64,000 nt of DNA from the NCBI GenBank assembly GCA_040954595.2, contig CM082588.2, positions 7,672,844-7,736,843 of the forward strand, in the 5' to 3' direction. Position numbers and translations under genes: made by a program. This document shows positions 41,748 to 55,489 of this stretch, in pieces. The notes beneath the pieces are model-generated. The model was not told where the DNA came from. It ran no database searches and saw only the letters and a list, made by a program, of their open reading frames with translations. Source of the stretch: Balanoglossus misakiensis. Lineage: Eukaryota; Animalia; Hemichordata. The stretch's first letter is position 1. The number at the start of each line of letters is the position of its first letter.

Positions 41748-42498
41748 CCTCAAGACTTCACATACCAGTGAGTCAAGAACATGTGTTCCATGTAATAATT
41801 AAGATTGACAATTTGAATGCATTTCTATGGCTGAAATCTACGACATTATAGCTTTTTTTATAATTTGTATAATTTTTGGTCAAACTTAATTTTTCCTTCA
41901 TGGTCTCATAAATTATATGTGCAGATAAGAACTCATATTCCAATTTGGTCAGCTGCCTTGGGCTGACCCAGGGCCAAACTGGGTTAGCTTTTTTCTCATC
42001 TCAAGTCTTACGTCATAATTATACATTGCATAGACCATCATAGGCAAATTTTATACTTATTTTTGCAATATATGAGAATGGGAATAATCAGGAAATCAAG
42101 ATAATTACAATCCCACTTTTCTCCCTCAAGACTTCACATACCAGTGAGTCAAGAACATTTGTTCCATGTAATAATTAAGATTGACAATTTGAATGCATTT
42201 CTATGGCTGAAATCTACGACATTATAGCTTTTTTTATAATTTGTATAATTTTTGGTCAAACTTAATTTTTCCTTCATGGTCTCATAAATTATATGTGCAG
42301 ATAAGAACTCATATTACAATTTGGTCAGCTGCCTTGGGCTGACCCAGGGCCAAACTGGGTTAGCTTTTTTCTCATCTCAAGTCTTACGTCATAATTATAC
42401 ATTGCATAGACCATCATAGGCAAATTTTATACTTATTTTTGCAATATATGAGAATGGGAATAATCAGGAAATCAAGATAATTACAATCCCACTTTTCT
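41748..42498 (+). repeat. ~376-bp tandem duplication spanning the exon-1 donor of copy 2
   Basis: cctcaagacttcacataccagtgag... repeated at 41748 and 42124. Confidence 0.85.
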
Positions 42499-45400
42499 GG
42501 GGAGTCCGAAATCATGTTAGGTGGTGACATCTTGGGTTTTTTATCTTAAAGGGACAAAGACTCTCTCTCACTTCCCCTTTTCCATTAATAATGTTTGATA
42601 CATGACACTGTTTATGTTATTCTACATGTGGATATATATATAGTGAATCAACGTTCGACCGCACACAACTTCCATTCCACTTGTATGATATGAGAGCAAC
42701 AAATCTCCACAAAATGGATATGGTCGAATGTTGATTCACTATATATCCACATGTAGAATAACATAAACCGTGTCTTGTATTAAACATAATTAATGGAAAA
42801 AGGGCAGCGAGAAAGAGACTTTAATGTCCTTTTAATGGCGACATCATGGTTGCTTAGTTTGAAAAAAAAGATTCTGTTGCACACTACCATTGAAAATCAC
42901 TTTTTTCTATAAATTCTCTCCTTTATCTCAAGATGCTTCCTGTGCTTGGTGCAACTGTAAGAGTGATAATCTCAAGAAGTTTATACGCTGTTGTGCACTG
43001 ATGTATTGTGGGAAAGACTGTCAGACAAAACACTGGATGAAAGGTCACAGAGAAGAATGCAAAGGTACAATTAATCATTTTCTGAACTACACATGACCCC
43101 ACGAGATTTCACGTAGCTAAGCAATTTATATGGGAGGACATTCCCCTGGCACAGGGCAAACAATTAACACATGTCCCACCATATTCAATGGCACAAACAA
43201 TTTCATTTTTTGTTAAAATCTGCACCTATTCTAATTTCTTAGCTACCAACCCGTTGCTATAGTAATCAACCAAGTCTCAGGAGATTTCTCAATGAGCTGG
43301 AAAGCATCATTGTTAAACTTTGAACCTATATTCTTATCTAGTTACAAACCAAGCTAGATAGTATCAAAATATTCACAAACACCTTTTAGTACATGTAAGA
43401 ACTTATAAATAAGATACTGAAAATTTCCATGTTTCACGCAAAATGTTTGTATTCTCATGTGCAGAGCTGTCTGTCAAAAAGCTGGGGGTAATCACGACAT
43501 GACCCTGCCTATGTGGAACACAATATGTGGTTCATATACTACAGTAGTTGTGGGTCACAAGACTTCTAGTATACTACATGTATATGTAACCCCTGACTAT
43601 ATTATACTTAGTACAATGATGTTTTACAGCTTGTGAAAATAAACAGCAACTATCTGCAATACAAAAGTCATACTATCAATATTATAATTGTTTTTCTACA
43701 GATACTTCTGCAGAGTTTGAGTGGCTTAAAGACTATCTCAAAGGATTGTACAGCCATGACTTTGACAAGTTCCAACCGTTGCCATGGAATGAAAACTTCT
43801 CACTCCATTTATCTGATGTCTATACCCGACTGAAGATGGTAGAGGTTGATGAAAGGGGTAAGATCATTAAGGACAATGAAGAAAATGACACTGTAGTTCA
43901 TGAAAGTGCAATATTTGAAGCAGATAGAAAAGGAGTGAGACCACGTAGAATAAGAATTGAAGGACCTCCAGCTATTGGCAAGTCAATGTTTAGTAGAAAG
44001 CTGGCCTACAACTGGGCTTGTGGAAAATTAGAGCAATTTAAATAAGTCTTTCTGTTGGAAATGAGATATATGAGTAAAGAATCAATCATAGAAACCATAT
44101 TTGATCAATTACTTCCTGATGATGCAGAAATTTCCAGAGATGAGCTTGACAAGGTTCTGAAAAGGAATGCAGATTCTGTGCTGTTCCTCTGTGATGGTTT
44201 GGATGAAATGTGTAAGGATTTCAAGGAAAGTTCTGATATTAGTCGGATTATTGCAAAGAAATTATTGCCAAGATGTACAGTAGCTATCACAACCAGGCCC
44301 CATGAATGTGACACACAGTTGAAAAACTGTGATTCACATTATCACATACAGGGCTTCACAAAGAGAGATTGTAGGAAATATATCATGAAGTACTTCAAGA
44401 ATAAGTGTGAGACTGGTGAGAATTTGATCGAAAATTTAGAACAAAATCTCCGGTTTAAATGGTTGGATGATTTCCTTAGTAATCCCTTACATGTTTCATT
44501 TCTTTGTGTACTGTGGGAGGATCATCAAGATGGTGACCATTTCCCAACTAGAGTGACAGAGTTGTATTTTGAAGTATTGCAGTGTATTTTGAAGAGGTAT
44601 TGTTCCAAGACTGGAGTCAGTCTTGATGATATCATGGCTGATGTAAATAAACTGGCTGCCATTGCTTATAATTATCTGAAACAGGGAAAAATACACATAA
44701 ATGAGTTAGATGTGATTCCATCACGGCTCTAATTGTCACTAGGGTTACTTGTGCGTGATTGTGGTGTATCTCGCACAAAACCAAAGAAAGTTTGTTTCTT
44801 TTGTCACAAAACTTGGCTGGAATATTTTGCTTCTTTACATATTGCTGAATGTGTGAAGGATACTGCTTCCTTTGATGAGTTTCAATTTCTATCTGACAAT
44901 ATTTTCCGCAATTTCCAAGTCTTGGTATTTCTGACTGGCACTCTGAAGGAGAAAGCTGGTCCAGTATTTAAGGAAATTGGGATGGCGATATGCAAGTCTG
45001 CAGATGGTCATGGCCTTGAGTTTAGAATGAAAAGATATATAGATTGCTTACATGAAAGTGTCAATTATCAAGAATTTTTGAAATTCATAGAACCCATCCT
45101 TTATCGATTTACGTGTTTCAGTTGTTTTTTATTGTATTTGAGAGCAGAACCTATGGTTGTCAATTCTATGTCTTCACCATCACCATATATTCTAAGTGGC
45201 GATTTAAATTTTCGTACATTGGTTTATGAAGATAGTTACTTGATGCTAATCCTTGATATGCTGAAGTATAAACACTCAAATGAAAGTATACCTAAATTTG
45301 ATAACAATCTCCAGTTAGATATCAACAAAATGCAATCATCAGAGATTTTCTATTTGGCAGAGGCACTGGAGAAGAATCTTATCTCTCTTGAATGGTTTGT

Positions 45401-46904
45401 GTTGAATGTGACTCCATCCAGTGACAAGAATCTGCTTCAGTTGGCAAAAGCTATCAGAGAAACCAAAGCGGTACAAAACATTTATATCATTGTAGATGAT
45501 AGGGATAATGTTGTTCAAAGCACTCCCAATGAAAAATGTAAGCAAGGCACCTCAAATAAAGAAACAGATTTGACATCACGCACTTTAAGAAACTTTATTG
45601 AAAATGCTGTGAAAAACGAGCATATTGATTGTTTGTCATTGCATACATTTGACCGGTCTGACCATCAATGGGAGAATATTGATAACATTATACCATTTAA
45701 TTCATTGAAACAGACCAGGCACTTTCATAATATTGTGGAAACTGAAACAGGTGTAAATAGCGTATTATTGAAAGTTGCTGATATGCTTGAACACTGTCAA
45801 TCTACCAAGGTTTGTCATTTTGTACTTTTTGATTACAGATATTCTGCCATTGAGGGCTGTACTGCAAGAGCTTTGTTAAAAGCTGTACAAAATATCCGCA
45901 AAACAATTAAATCTCTTGGCTTGTCAGTCATATCAGAATATGTAAAGATACCTTGTGTAGTTCCATCTGGATCATTGCCAATATCTCATGTTGTGAATGA
46001 GACTTTACATATTTTGATGTCTAACACCACATTAGAGGATCTGAAGTTATTTATAGAGAATGAAAATGTTGATGCTGTATTGAAGTTTATTCAATGTAAT
46101 AAGAATGTCAAGTCACTGTCCTTTGCTCTGTATCAGTCCAGAATGAGCATAGACCATTTATGTTCAGCTCTCTGTGCTGCTTTGAGTTCCAATACAACTC
46201 TGGAAAGCTTTGCGCTGCATATGTGTGATGAGGCAGATGCAATGTTTAGTAACCCTGAACCTTCCACTGAGCATATTAAGTATATTATTAGTCAATTGAT
46301 TTTACCAACACATAGGTTATTGTGTGGTGGAAAAACTGCATTGAAGACAATTTCATTTACTTTTCCATCATCCAGTCCAAAACGCAGGGATGATATTGTC
46401 AATGTCATGACAGAGTATAAAATTTAAAGGAAATGTTTCAGGGTCATACAAATACACTGTGAAGAAGCAGCTCTTGTATCACGTGTATATTCACATTCTG
46501 AAAGTATCGATCAGTGGACCCTAGAGAATGCTGAAAGCCACATTTGCATAAGATGCATTCTGCTATATAGGGGGAAATTGTAAACTTTACATATTTTTTT
46601 TACATAGACTTAATTTAAGGTACAGATATAAAATATACCAGGTAACAGACTATACTATAGACATCAATGCTTGCACAGTTAGACAAACTGACAAGGAATT
46701 TTTAACATACTGTATCCAGATGGAAATATAACCAATTTACTGAGAACACATAAAGCGAACAAATAAAAAAAATTTGATTTGTTCACTTTATAACAGTACT
46801 AGAATCAAATATCTACCACAAAGTGTTTTTCTTGACCGGAACTATGACAAATTCAAAAGGCTTATGAGTTCCACAGATTTACGGGTATTATTGAATATAT
46901 GCAA

Positions 46905-47547
46905 TTATCATACATGCAACGCCTGTATTTGGCACTTTCTATTGTTCTCGCCCCGAAGATATTTTACGGTATTACACTGAGCACGATATTTTACGGTATT
47001 ACACTCCGCGTCTCTAACAATTTTTGAGAACGCGCGGCACGACAGTTCGCTGTGCGTGCGAGCGACGTACAGGGCATAGGACGCTAGTGGAGAGGGGTGT
47101 TGTAAAATTCGGTTATTAGAAGCTGAAATAACGTTTTCAAAGCTGGCGGTTTTGCCATGTTGAATGAATCATTTTTACTTCTTCGAAATTCTCAATGCGA
47201 AATAATTGTTAACATGATATTTTGAAAGAGAACGTAGACAAGTTTATTTAGAATGCGGATGTGCCCATCGTAATGAAAGCTGCCAACCCCCTTAAAATTA
47301 TACTACGGCCCACACGTCATACGTCACAACATGGCTACTGCCGTGATCCCAGCGCCTGGTTCAAATTTGAAATTGTTTTTCTCGGCGCATTTTCGCAAAT
47401 CATACTGTTTTATAGGTAGGCATGTATGATAAAGGGGTTATTACACGTGATGTCCGTATTTCGACTCGTTGCGAAGCGCAACTCGTCAAAATACGGACAT
47501 CACTCAAATACGACGCGTTATCGACCAAAATCCGTGTAATAACCCCT
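46905..47547. mobile_element. Non-autonomous element with asymmetric inverted repeats and terminal hairpin (Helentron/HINE- or Crypton-like)
   Basis: Absent in copies 1 and 3; ttatcatacatgc at the start is inverted at 47420-47432; then stem aggggttattacacg / cgtgtaataacccct; AA on both sides. Confidence 0.65.
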
Positions 47548-49766
47548 AAGTATGTTTATAAAGCTATGGCTGTGAGAAGAACAGCCACTTATTGGATGAA
47601 TATAATATTGTTCAACTTTCTTTGTATTTGTGTAGTCAGCATTCAATTTGTATTTGTGTGATGTATTACTTTATTTGAGAACTGGATGTTCTCCTTGCAT
47701 TTGGACCTGAGGTCTTGAAATGCAATAAATTACTTTTATTATTACTGGCTGTGAGAAGAGAAGCCACTTGCCACTCATAGAGTGTATAATATTGTTCAAC
47801 TTTCTTTGTATTTGTGTAGTCTGCATTCACTTTGTATTTGTGTGATGTATTACTTTATTTGAGAACTGGATGTTCTCCTTGCATTTGGACCTGAGGTCTT
47901 GAAACGCAATAAATTACTATTATTATTACTAAGGACACAATTTGTATGTAAGGAAATATGCGGAGAGTAGCAGAATATTTATTTAAACCAAGTGACACAC
48001 TTTTGTAAGACACATTCCTGTACAGATTCAATTTAGTTCTGTTTCTTACCTCTGTGCAAAAATGTCAAAATTTGCTGGAAATTGTACAAGACTTATCAAG
48101 TTTGGAGATGGCACAACAAGAGTTGATATTTCTTAATTCATTGTTATACATTTTTTTCTTTGCTTTATTTTTTTATTGAAATGTTTTGTCTTAATTTTTA
48201 TAGGACCTGTAAATAAGACTTGTTCCAGTTGGTCTTTCTGGAAATAAATAAAGTCTGAGAAGAAACCATTTCTGAAAAATCCATTTGCTTTATTTGGTCT
48301 AAACTAGTTTTTTAGGGGTTGACAAAGGAAATACACTTGTATTGCAAAATGGTATTTTTTGGTGCACATTTAACGCAGAAACAGTTGACCTTGGAAATCT
48401 TCATTTGATTTCCAACAACTTTTCTCAAAAAACAACAGAAAATACTAGTTGTACGTATTTGGATGTGTGCTCACACCATCTCTTAAAAATTCTCAAAAAA
48501 ATAGATATACCATCGTATAAAACTGTTAAAGGTATACAGTCACCTCCAATTTAAATACGCCCATGTATGGCTGAAATGGCGTATTTGAGTGTTCTCAAAG
48601 ACATATGGAGGCGCTCTTTTTTTCGCGTTTGCCACCCACTGAAAATCTGTGATTGGCTACATCTCAATTTGCCATGGTAATTGTAGCTAACTGTATACCT
48701 TTAATTACTTGAGCTGCCACAAGATTGCCTCAGTGTTTTTGCTAAGGCCGGGAAACACTGGTAAATGAGTTGGGAACCCTGGTAACGCTTCTGCTATCTA
48801 CTAATATGACTTCATTGACATACAAAGGGGAACTCTGGTAAAATGACTGGGGAACCCCGGTAACATTTATCTGGCTACTGCCCTTAACAAAAACACTGCA
48901 CTTTCTCTGCTATTTCAGTCCAAAGAACAATTACACCAGGAAAAATATGTGTGTCAATTAACGTCTTAAAAATAGAAAACATTGCAAGGGTTTCCTGAGC
49001 TAGTCCCTTCTCAGGTCCAAAATGAAGTAGTGTAAATTTTTCTCCCCCAAATGGGGGACTGGTGGTGTTCATTCAGTAAAACGAAAAATAATTCTCGCTC
49101 CTCCCATCATTTGTGTACTTGTACACACAGTCCAATATATATTTCAGTCTTCCGTACATCTGCAAGAGAATAAGAAATGTATTCAAAGTCCATGACCTGT
49201 AGGATTTTTTGAAATTATTGAGATCTTTGTATCAAGAACAGTTTCTCCTCGACTGATTTAAACATCATGAAATGCTCACTGTTTATCAACACAGTTCATG
49301 TCTGTGCATGTAGTCAGCATTGTTTGTTTGTGAACACTTGAATTCATTTCTCCAGAAACACTTACCACCAGTATTACTTGTACACAGACTATGTTGACAA
49401 GCAGAACACTTTTTAGCATAATGAAAATGTAGTCAAATAATAAAAAGCTAATGCCCAATTAAAAAGTACTAGACCATGGCGTACATTTGAGTATGAATGT
49501 CTCAAATAAACACAGATAGTTGGTGATAGTGATAAGTATATCATTGGTGGTTGAGTTATGTTAGTATTATCTCCACAAATACTGCAACCCATCCAACATT
49601 ACATTTCGAAAGCTTGTTGATGAGGTCATCAACATAGACATAAATAAATATGGGGAAGTACACCTCCTTCACCTAACTACATGGATATATAGAGGAACAC
49701 CGTATTAGCATTTTGACCTATCTGAAGTCAAATGTCATGAATATATTCAGGCGAAAACAAGGTTGA

Positions 49767-49777
49767 GGGGATTCCCC
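49767..49777 (+). promoter_or_regulatory. NF-kB site upstream of NLR copy 3
   Basis: GGGGATTCCCC. Confidence 0.55.
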
Positions 49778-50268
49778 GATGATATCACCATTACGGACAA
49801 CCATATATTTCTTTTTTGTTTATATGTATTTGCATACTAGCATTTTGCGCCAATGTCAGTGGCCTTCACATTTGAAATCGTAGCCCAAAATCTTCGATTT
49901 GTTGGACTTTTCTACCCATATGATATAAAGTTACGAGAAACTTCATCTGATTGTGTCATTCTAACCACTTAACTTTAGCACTCAAAAAATATCAAGTGAG
50001 TTTCACATATACATATACATGGAACTGTAAGGCCAGTCAAAATAGAAATGACGACTGTTTTCACAAGCTTCTGTTAGTTGCGGTTCAGACTGCGTGTTTG
50101 TGATTTGCACACAGAGTTGGAATTTGCACCTGGTTTTTAGCAAATGTGAACATTTTAGTGTATCACCAACACTGTTCGAGGTAATCTTGGAAGTGGAGAT
50201 CTTCATATATCTGCGCCCAAGTGCTTCCAGAACTGGAGTCAAGTTGTGTTTTGTGATATCGTACAAAG

Positions 50269-53200
50269 ATGGCGACCGGTGGTGCATTTTTAACTACAGC
50301 CGAGAAGGTGAATCACGCTAGACTTTGTCGACTACTTATTGACGGTGGATCTAAAGCGGTGAGATGTGTATTTGACAGCAAGATTCCACCTAATCTTACA
50401 CTTGCTGACACACTGAGGAACCATAAAGTTTCGTTACAGAGACTTCGTCCAAATGTTATCAGTGATGGTCAGTGGGATCTGTTATACCCAACCCAACCCA
50501 ACCTTGTCAAGTCTGAAGACTTCGACATTACATTGCTCATAGTTTTATTACGGAATATCTGTGGCCTTCGACATCCAAGAGATAGAGTATGGACACATCC
50601 CTCCCCTGGTGATCTCCGTGTTGAAGCTGATGTGGCCCGAATAAGAGAGTTCAGGAATAGACTTCAACACATGACGGGCACAGCTGTCCCTGACAGCCAA
50701 TTTCAATCTTTCTGGGATGACATTAGTAAAGTATTGGTACGTCTTGGCGCTAAGCAGGGAGATATCGATCAGTTGAAGACTGTGAGTATGGACCTTGCCG
50801 AGACAGACAAATACGAACAAACTTTAAAGGACTGGGAAGAATCTGACATGGTGCTGGAAATGGTCCTACAGCGTATGGAAGAGAAAGTTGATCAGATATC
50901 AGAGACACAGAGTGGCCATAGCAGTACTTTGGCTGATATCGAACAGAACCAGCAAGAAACGACTCAACATCTGGGTCAGATATCAGAGACACTGGTTGAC
51001 ATCAAAGAAGGCCTCAAGACTTCACATACCAGTGAGTCAAGAACTTGTGTTCCAGGTAATATTTAAGATGGAGAAGTGGAATTCATTTCTTTGGCTGAAA
51101 TCTACGACATTTATATAGCTTTTTTATAATTTGCATAATTTTTGGTCAAACTTAATTTTTCCTTCATAGTCTTATGAATTATATGCGCAGATAAGAACTC
51201 ATATTCCAACTTGGTCAGATGACCCTGAGGGCCAATCTGGGTTAGCTTATTTCTCATCTCAAGTCTTACATCATAATCATACATTGCATAGACCATCAGA
51301 AGCAAGTTTTATACTTATTTTTGCAATATATGAGAATGGGAATAATCAGGAAATCACGATAATTACAATTCCACTTTTATGGGGAGTCCAAATATCATGT
51401 TAGGTGGTGACATGTTGAGTTTTTGCCTCCAGTTATCTTAAAGGGACAAAGACTCTCTCTCACTTCCCCTTTTCCATTAATAATGTTTGATACATGACAC
51501 TGTTTATGTTATTCTACATGTGGATATATATAGTGAATCAACATTCAACCACAGACAACTTCCATCCCACTTGTATGATATGAGAGCAACAAATGTCACC
51601 AAAATGAATATGGTCGAATTATGATTCACTATATATCCACATGTAGAATAACATAAACATTGTCTTGTATCAAATATAATTAATGGAAAAGGGGCAGCGA
51701 GAAAGAGACTTTGCTTAGTTTTAAAAAAAAGATTCTGTTGTACAGCACCATTAAAAATAACTTTTTTCTATAAATTCTCTCCTTTATCTCAAGATGCTTC
51801 CTGTGTTTGGTGCAACTGTAAGAGTGATAATCTCAAGAAGTTTATACGCTGTTGTGCAGTGATGTATTGTGGGAAAGACTGTCAGAAACAACACTGGATG
51901 AAAGGTCACAGAGAAGAATGCAAAGGTACAATTGATCATTTTCTGAACTCCACGTGACCCCACGAGATTTCACGTAGCTAAGCAATTTATATGGGAGGAC
52001 ATTCCCTTGGCACAGGGCAAACAATTAACACATGTCCCACCATATTCAATGGCACAAACAATTTCCTTTTTTGTTAAATTCTGCACTGGTTCTAGATACA
52101 TTCCAAGCTTGATAGAATTTCTTAGCTACCAACCTATTGCTATGGTAATTAACCAAGTCTCGGGAGTTTTCTCAATGAGCTGAAAATCATCATTGTTAAA
52201 CTTTGAACCTATATTCTAGTTACATACCAAGCTAGATACCGTAGTATGAAAATATTCACAAACACCTCTTAGTACATGTAAGAACTTATAAATAAGATAC
52301 TGAAAATCTCCATGTTTCACGCATAATTTTTGTAATCTCATGTGCAGAGCTGTCTGTCAAAAAGCTGGGGGTAATCACGACATGAGCCTGCCTATATGGA
52401 ACACAATATGTGGTTCATATACTACAGTAGTTGTGGGTCACAAGACTTCTAGTATACCATATGTAACCCCTGACTATATTATACTTAGTACAATGATGTT
52501 TTACAGCTTGTGAAAATAGTAAAATAAACAGCAACTATCTGCAATACAAAAGTCATACTATCAATATTATAATTGTTTATTTCTTACAGATACTTCTGCA
52601 GGGTTTGAGTGGCTTAAAGACCATCTCAAAGGATTGTACAGCCATGACTTTGACAAGTTCCAACCTCTGCCATGGAATGAAAACTTCTCACTCCATTTAT
52701 CTGATGTGTATACCCGACTGAAGATGGTAGAGGTTGATGAAAGGGGTAAGATCATTAAGGACAATGAAGAAAATGACACTGTTGTTCATGAAAGTGCAAT
52801 ATTTGAAGCAGATCGAAATGTAGTGAGACCACGTAGAATAAGAATTGAAGGACCTCCAGCTATTGGCAAGTCAATGTTTTCTAGAAAGCTGGCCTACAAC
52901 TGGGCTTGTGGAAATTTAGAGCAATTTAAATTAGTCTTTCTGTTGGAAATGAGATATATGAGTAAAGAATCAATCATAGAAACCATATTTGATCAATTAC
53001 TTCCTGATGATGCAGAAATTTCCAGAGATGAGCTTGACAAGGTTCTGAAAAGGAATGCAGATTCTGTGCTGTTCCTCTGTGATGGTTTGGATGAAATGTG
53101 TAATGATTTCAAGGAAAGTTCTGATATTAGTCAGATTATTGCAAAGAAATTATTGCCAAGATGTACAGTAGCTATCACAACCAGGCCCCATGAATGTGAC

Positions 53201-55489
53201 ACACAGCTGAAAAACTGTGATTCACATTATCACATACAGGGCTTCACAAAGAGTGATAGTAGGGAATATATCAGGAAGTACTTCAAGCATGAGTCTGAGA
53301 CTGGTAAGAATTTGATCAAAAATTTGGAACAAAACCTCCAGTTTGAGTGGTTGGATGATTTTCTTAGTAATCCCTTACATGTTTCATTTCTTTGTGTACT
53401 GTGGGAGGATCATCAAGATGGTGACCATTTCCCAACTAGAGTGACAGAGTTGTATTTTGAAGTATTGAAGTGTATTTTGAAGAGGTATTGTTCCACCAAG
53501 CCTGGAGTCAGTCTTGATGAACAGGGAGAAGTACCCATTGATATCATGGCTGATGTAAATAAACTGGCTGCCATTGCTTTCAATTATCTGAAACAGGGAA
53601 AAATACTCATAAATGAGGTAGATGTGATGCCAACATGGCTCTTGTCACTAGGGTTACTTGTGCGTGATTGCGGTGTATCTCGCACAAAACCAAAGAAAGT
53701 TTGTTTCTTCTGTCACAAAACTTGGCTGGAATATTTTGCTGCTTTGCATATTGCTGAATGTGTGAAGGATGCTGCTTCCTTTGATGAGTTTCAATTTCTA
53801 TCTGACGACATTTATGACCGCAATTTCCAAGTCTTTGTATTTCTGACTGGCACTCTGAAGGAGAAAGCTGGTCCAGTATTTAAGGAAATTGGGATGGAGA
53901 TGTGCAAGTCTGCAGATGATGTCGGCCGTAAGTTTAGAATGGACAACTATATAGCTTTCTTACATGAAAGTAACAACTATCAAGAATTTTTTAAATTCAT
54001 AGAACCCATCCTTTATCGATTGAAGTGTTTCATTTGTAAGCCATTTTATTTTAGTGTAAGAGCAATGGTTGTCAATTCTATGTCTTCACCATCACCATAT
54101 ATTCTAAGTGACGATTTGAATTTTCTTACATTGTATTATGAAGGTAGTTACTTGATGATAATCATTGATATGCTGAAGTATGAACACTCATGTGAAAGTA
54201 GACCCAAATTTAATAAAATTCTCTGGTTAGATATCAACAATATGCAATCATCACAGATTTCCTATTTGGCAGAGGCACTGGAGAAGAATCTCATTTCTCT
54301 TGAATGGCTTGTGTTGAAAGTGACTTCATCCAGTGACAAGAATCTGCTTCAGTTGGCAAAAGCTATCAGAGAAACCAAAGCGGTACAAAACATTCATATC
54401 ATTGTAGATGATAGGGATAATGTTATTGACAGCACTCCCAATGAAAAATGTAAGCAAGGCACCTCAAATAAAGAAACAGATTTGACATCACGCACTTTAA
54501 GAAACCTTATCGATAATGCTGTGAAAAATGAGCATATTGATTGTTTGTCATTGCATACAGTTGACCTGTCTGACCATCAATGGGAGAATATTGATAACAT
54601 TGTTCCATATAAATCATTGAAACAGGCCAGGCACTTTAATAATGTTGTGGAACCCAAAACCGAAACAGGTTTAAATAGCGTATTATTGAAAGTTGCTGAT
54701 ATGCTTGAACACTGTCAATCTACCAAGGTTTGTCATGGGGTACTTTTTGATAGTGTCAGATATTCTGCCATTGAGGGCAGTACTGCAAGTGCTTTGTTAA
54801 AAGCTGTTCAAAATATCAGCAAAACAATAAAATCTCTTAGTTTGTTTGTCCCATCAGAATTTGTAAATATACCTTGTATAGTTCCATCTGGATCATTGCC
54901 AATTTCTGATGTGAAGAATGAGATTTTACACATTTTGATATCTAACACCACATTAGAGGATCTTAAGTTATTTATAGAGAATGACAATGTTGATGCTGTA
55001 TCGAAGTTTATTCAATGTAATAAGTATGTCAAGTCACTGTCATGTGCTCTGTATCAGTCCAGAATGAGAATAGACCATTTACGTTCAGCTCTCTGTGCTG
55101 CTTTGAGTTCCAATACAACTCTGGAAAGCTTTGCGCTGCATATGTGTGATGAGTCAGAGGCAATGTATAGTAACTTTGAACTTTCCACTGAGCATAAGTA
55201 CCGGTATATTAGTCAATTGATTTTACCTACACACAGGTTATTGTGTGGTGGAATAACCCCATTGAAGACAATTTCATTTACTTTCCCATCACCAAGGCCA
55301 GAACGCAGTGATTATATTGTCAATGTCATGACTGAGTATTTTAAAGGAAATGTTTCAGGGTCATACCAATACACTGTGAAGAGGCGGATCAGGATCATGT
55401 ATGATTTGTACCGGTATATTCACGTTCTTAAAGTATCCATCAGTGAACCCCAGAGAATGCTGAATGCCACATTTGCATGTGCTATATAG
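50269..55489 (+). CDS. NLR-like gene copy 3 (~1272 aa): HEPN_DZIP3 - 1 repeat unit - MYND-like - NACHT - LRR-like
   Basis: Exons 50269-51055, 51794-51925, 52590-55489; all motifs intact. Confidence 0.9.

Larger units (their letters stand above)
38867..46524 (+). pseudogene. NLR-like copy 2, disrupted: HEPN - 23 repeat units - MYND - broken NACHT/LRR
   Basis: ATG at 38867; 149-bp insertion 38993-39141; exon 1 ends 41791; MYND exon 42933-43064; exon 3 from 43702 with TTA>TAA at 44043, inserted TAA at 44730, a 21-bp deletion, and a 4-bp frameshift near 46418. Confidence 0.85.

Noticed and set aside
39521-41851. Long alternative-frame ORFs (735 aa minus, 730 aa plus; likewise at 29104-30072 and 61377-62249)
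   Set aside because: By-products of a stop-free tandem repeat with unit lengths divisible by 3; only the frame continuous with HEPN is supported.
48731-48898. hAT-like short TIR element (cagtgttttt...aaaaacactg)
   Set aside because: No TSD found and superfamily not supportable; not listed as a feature.
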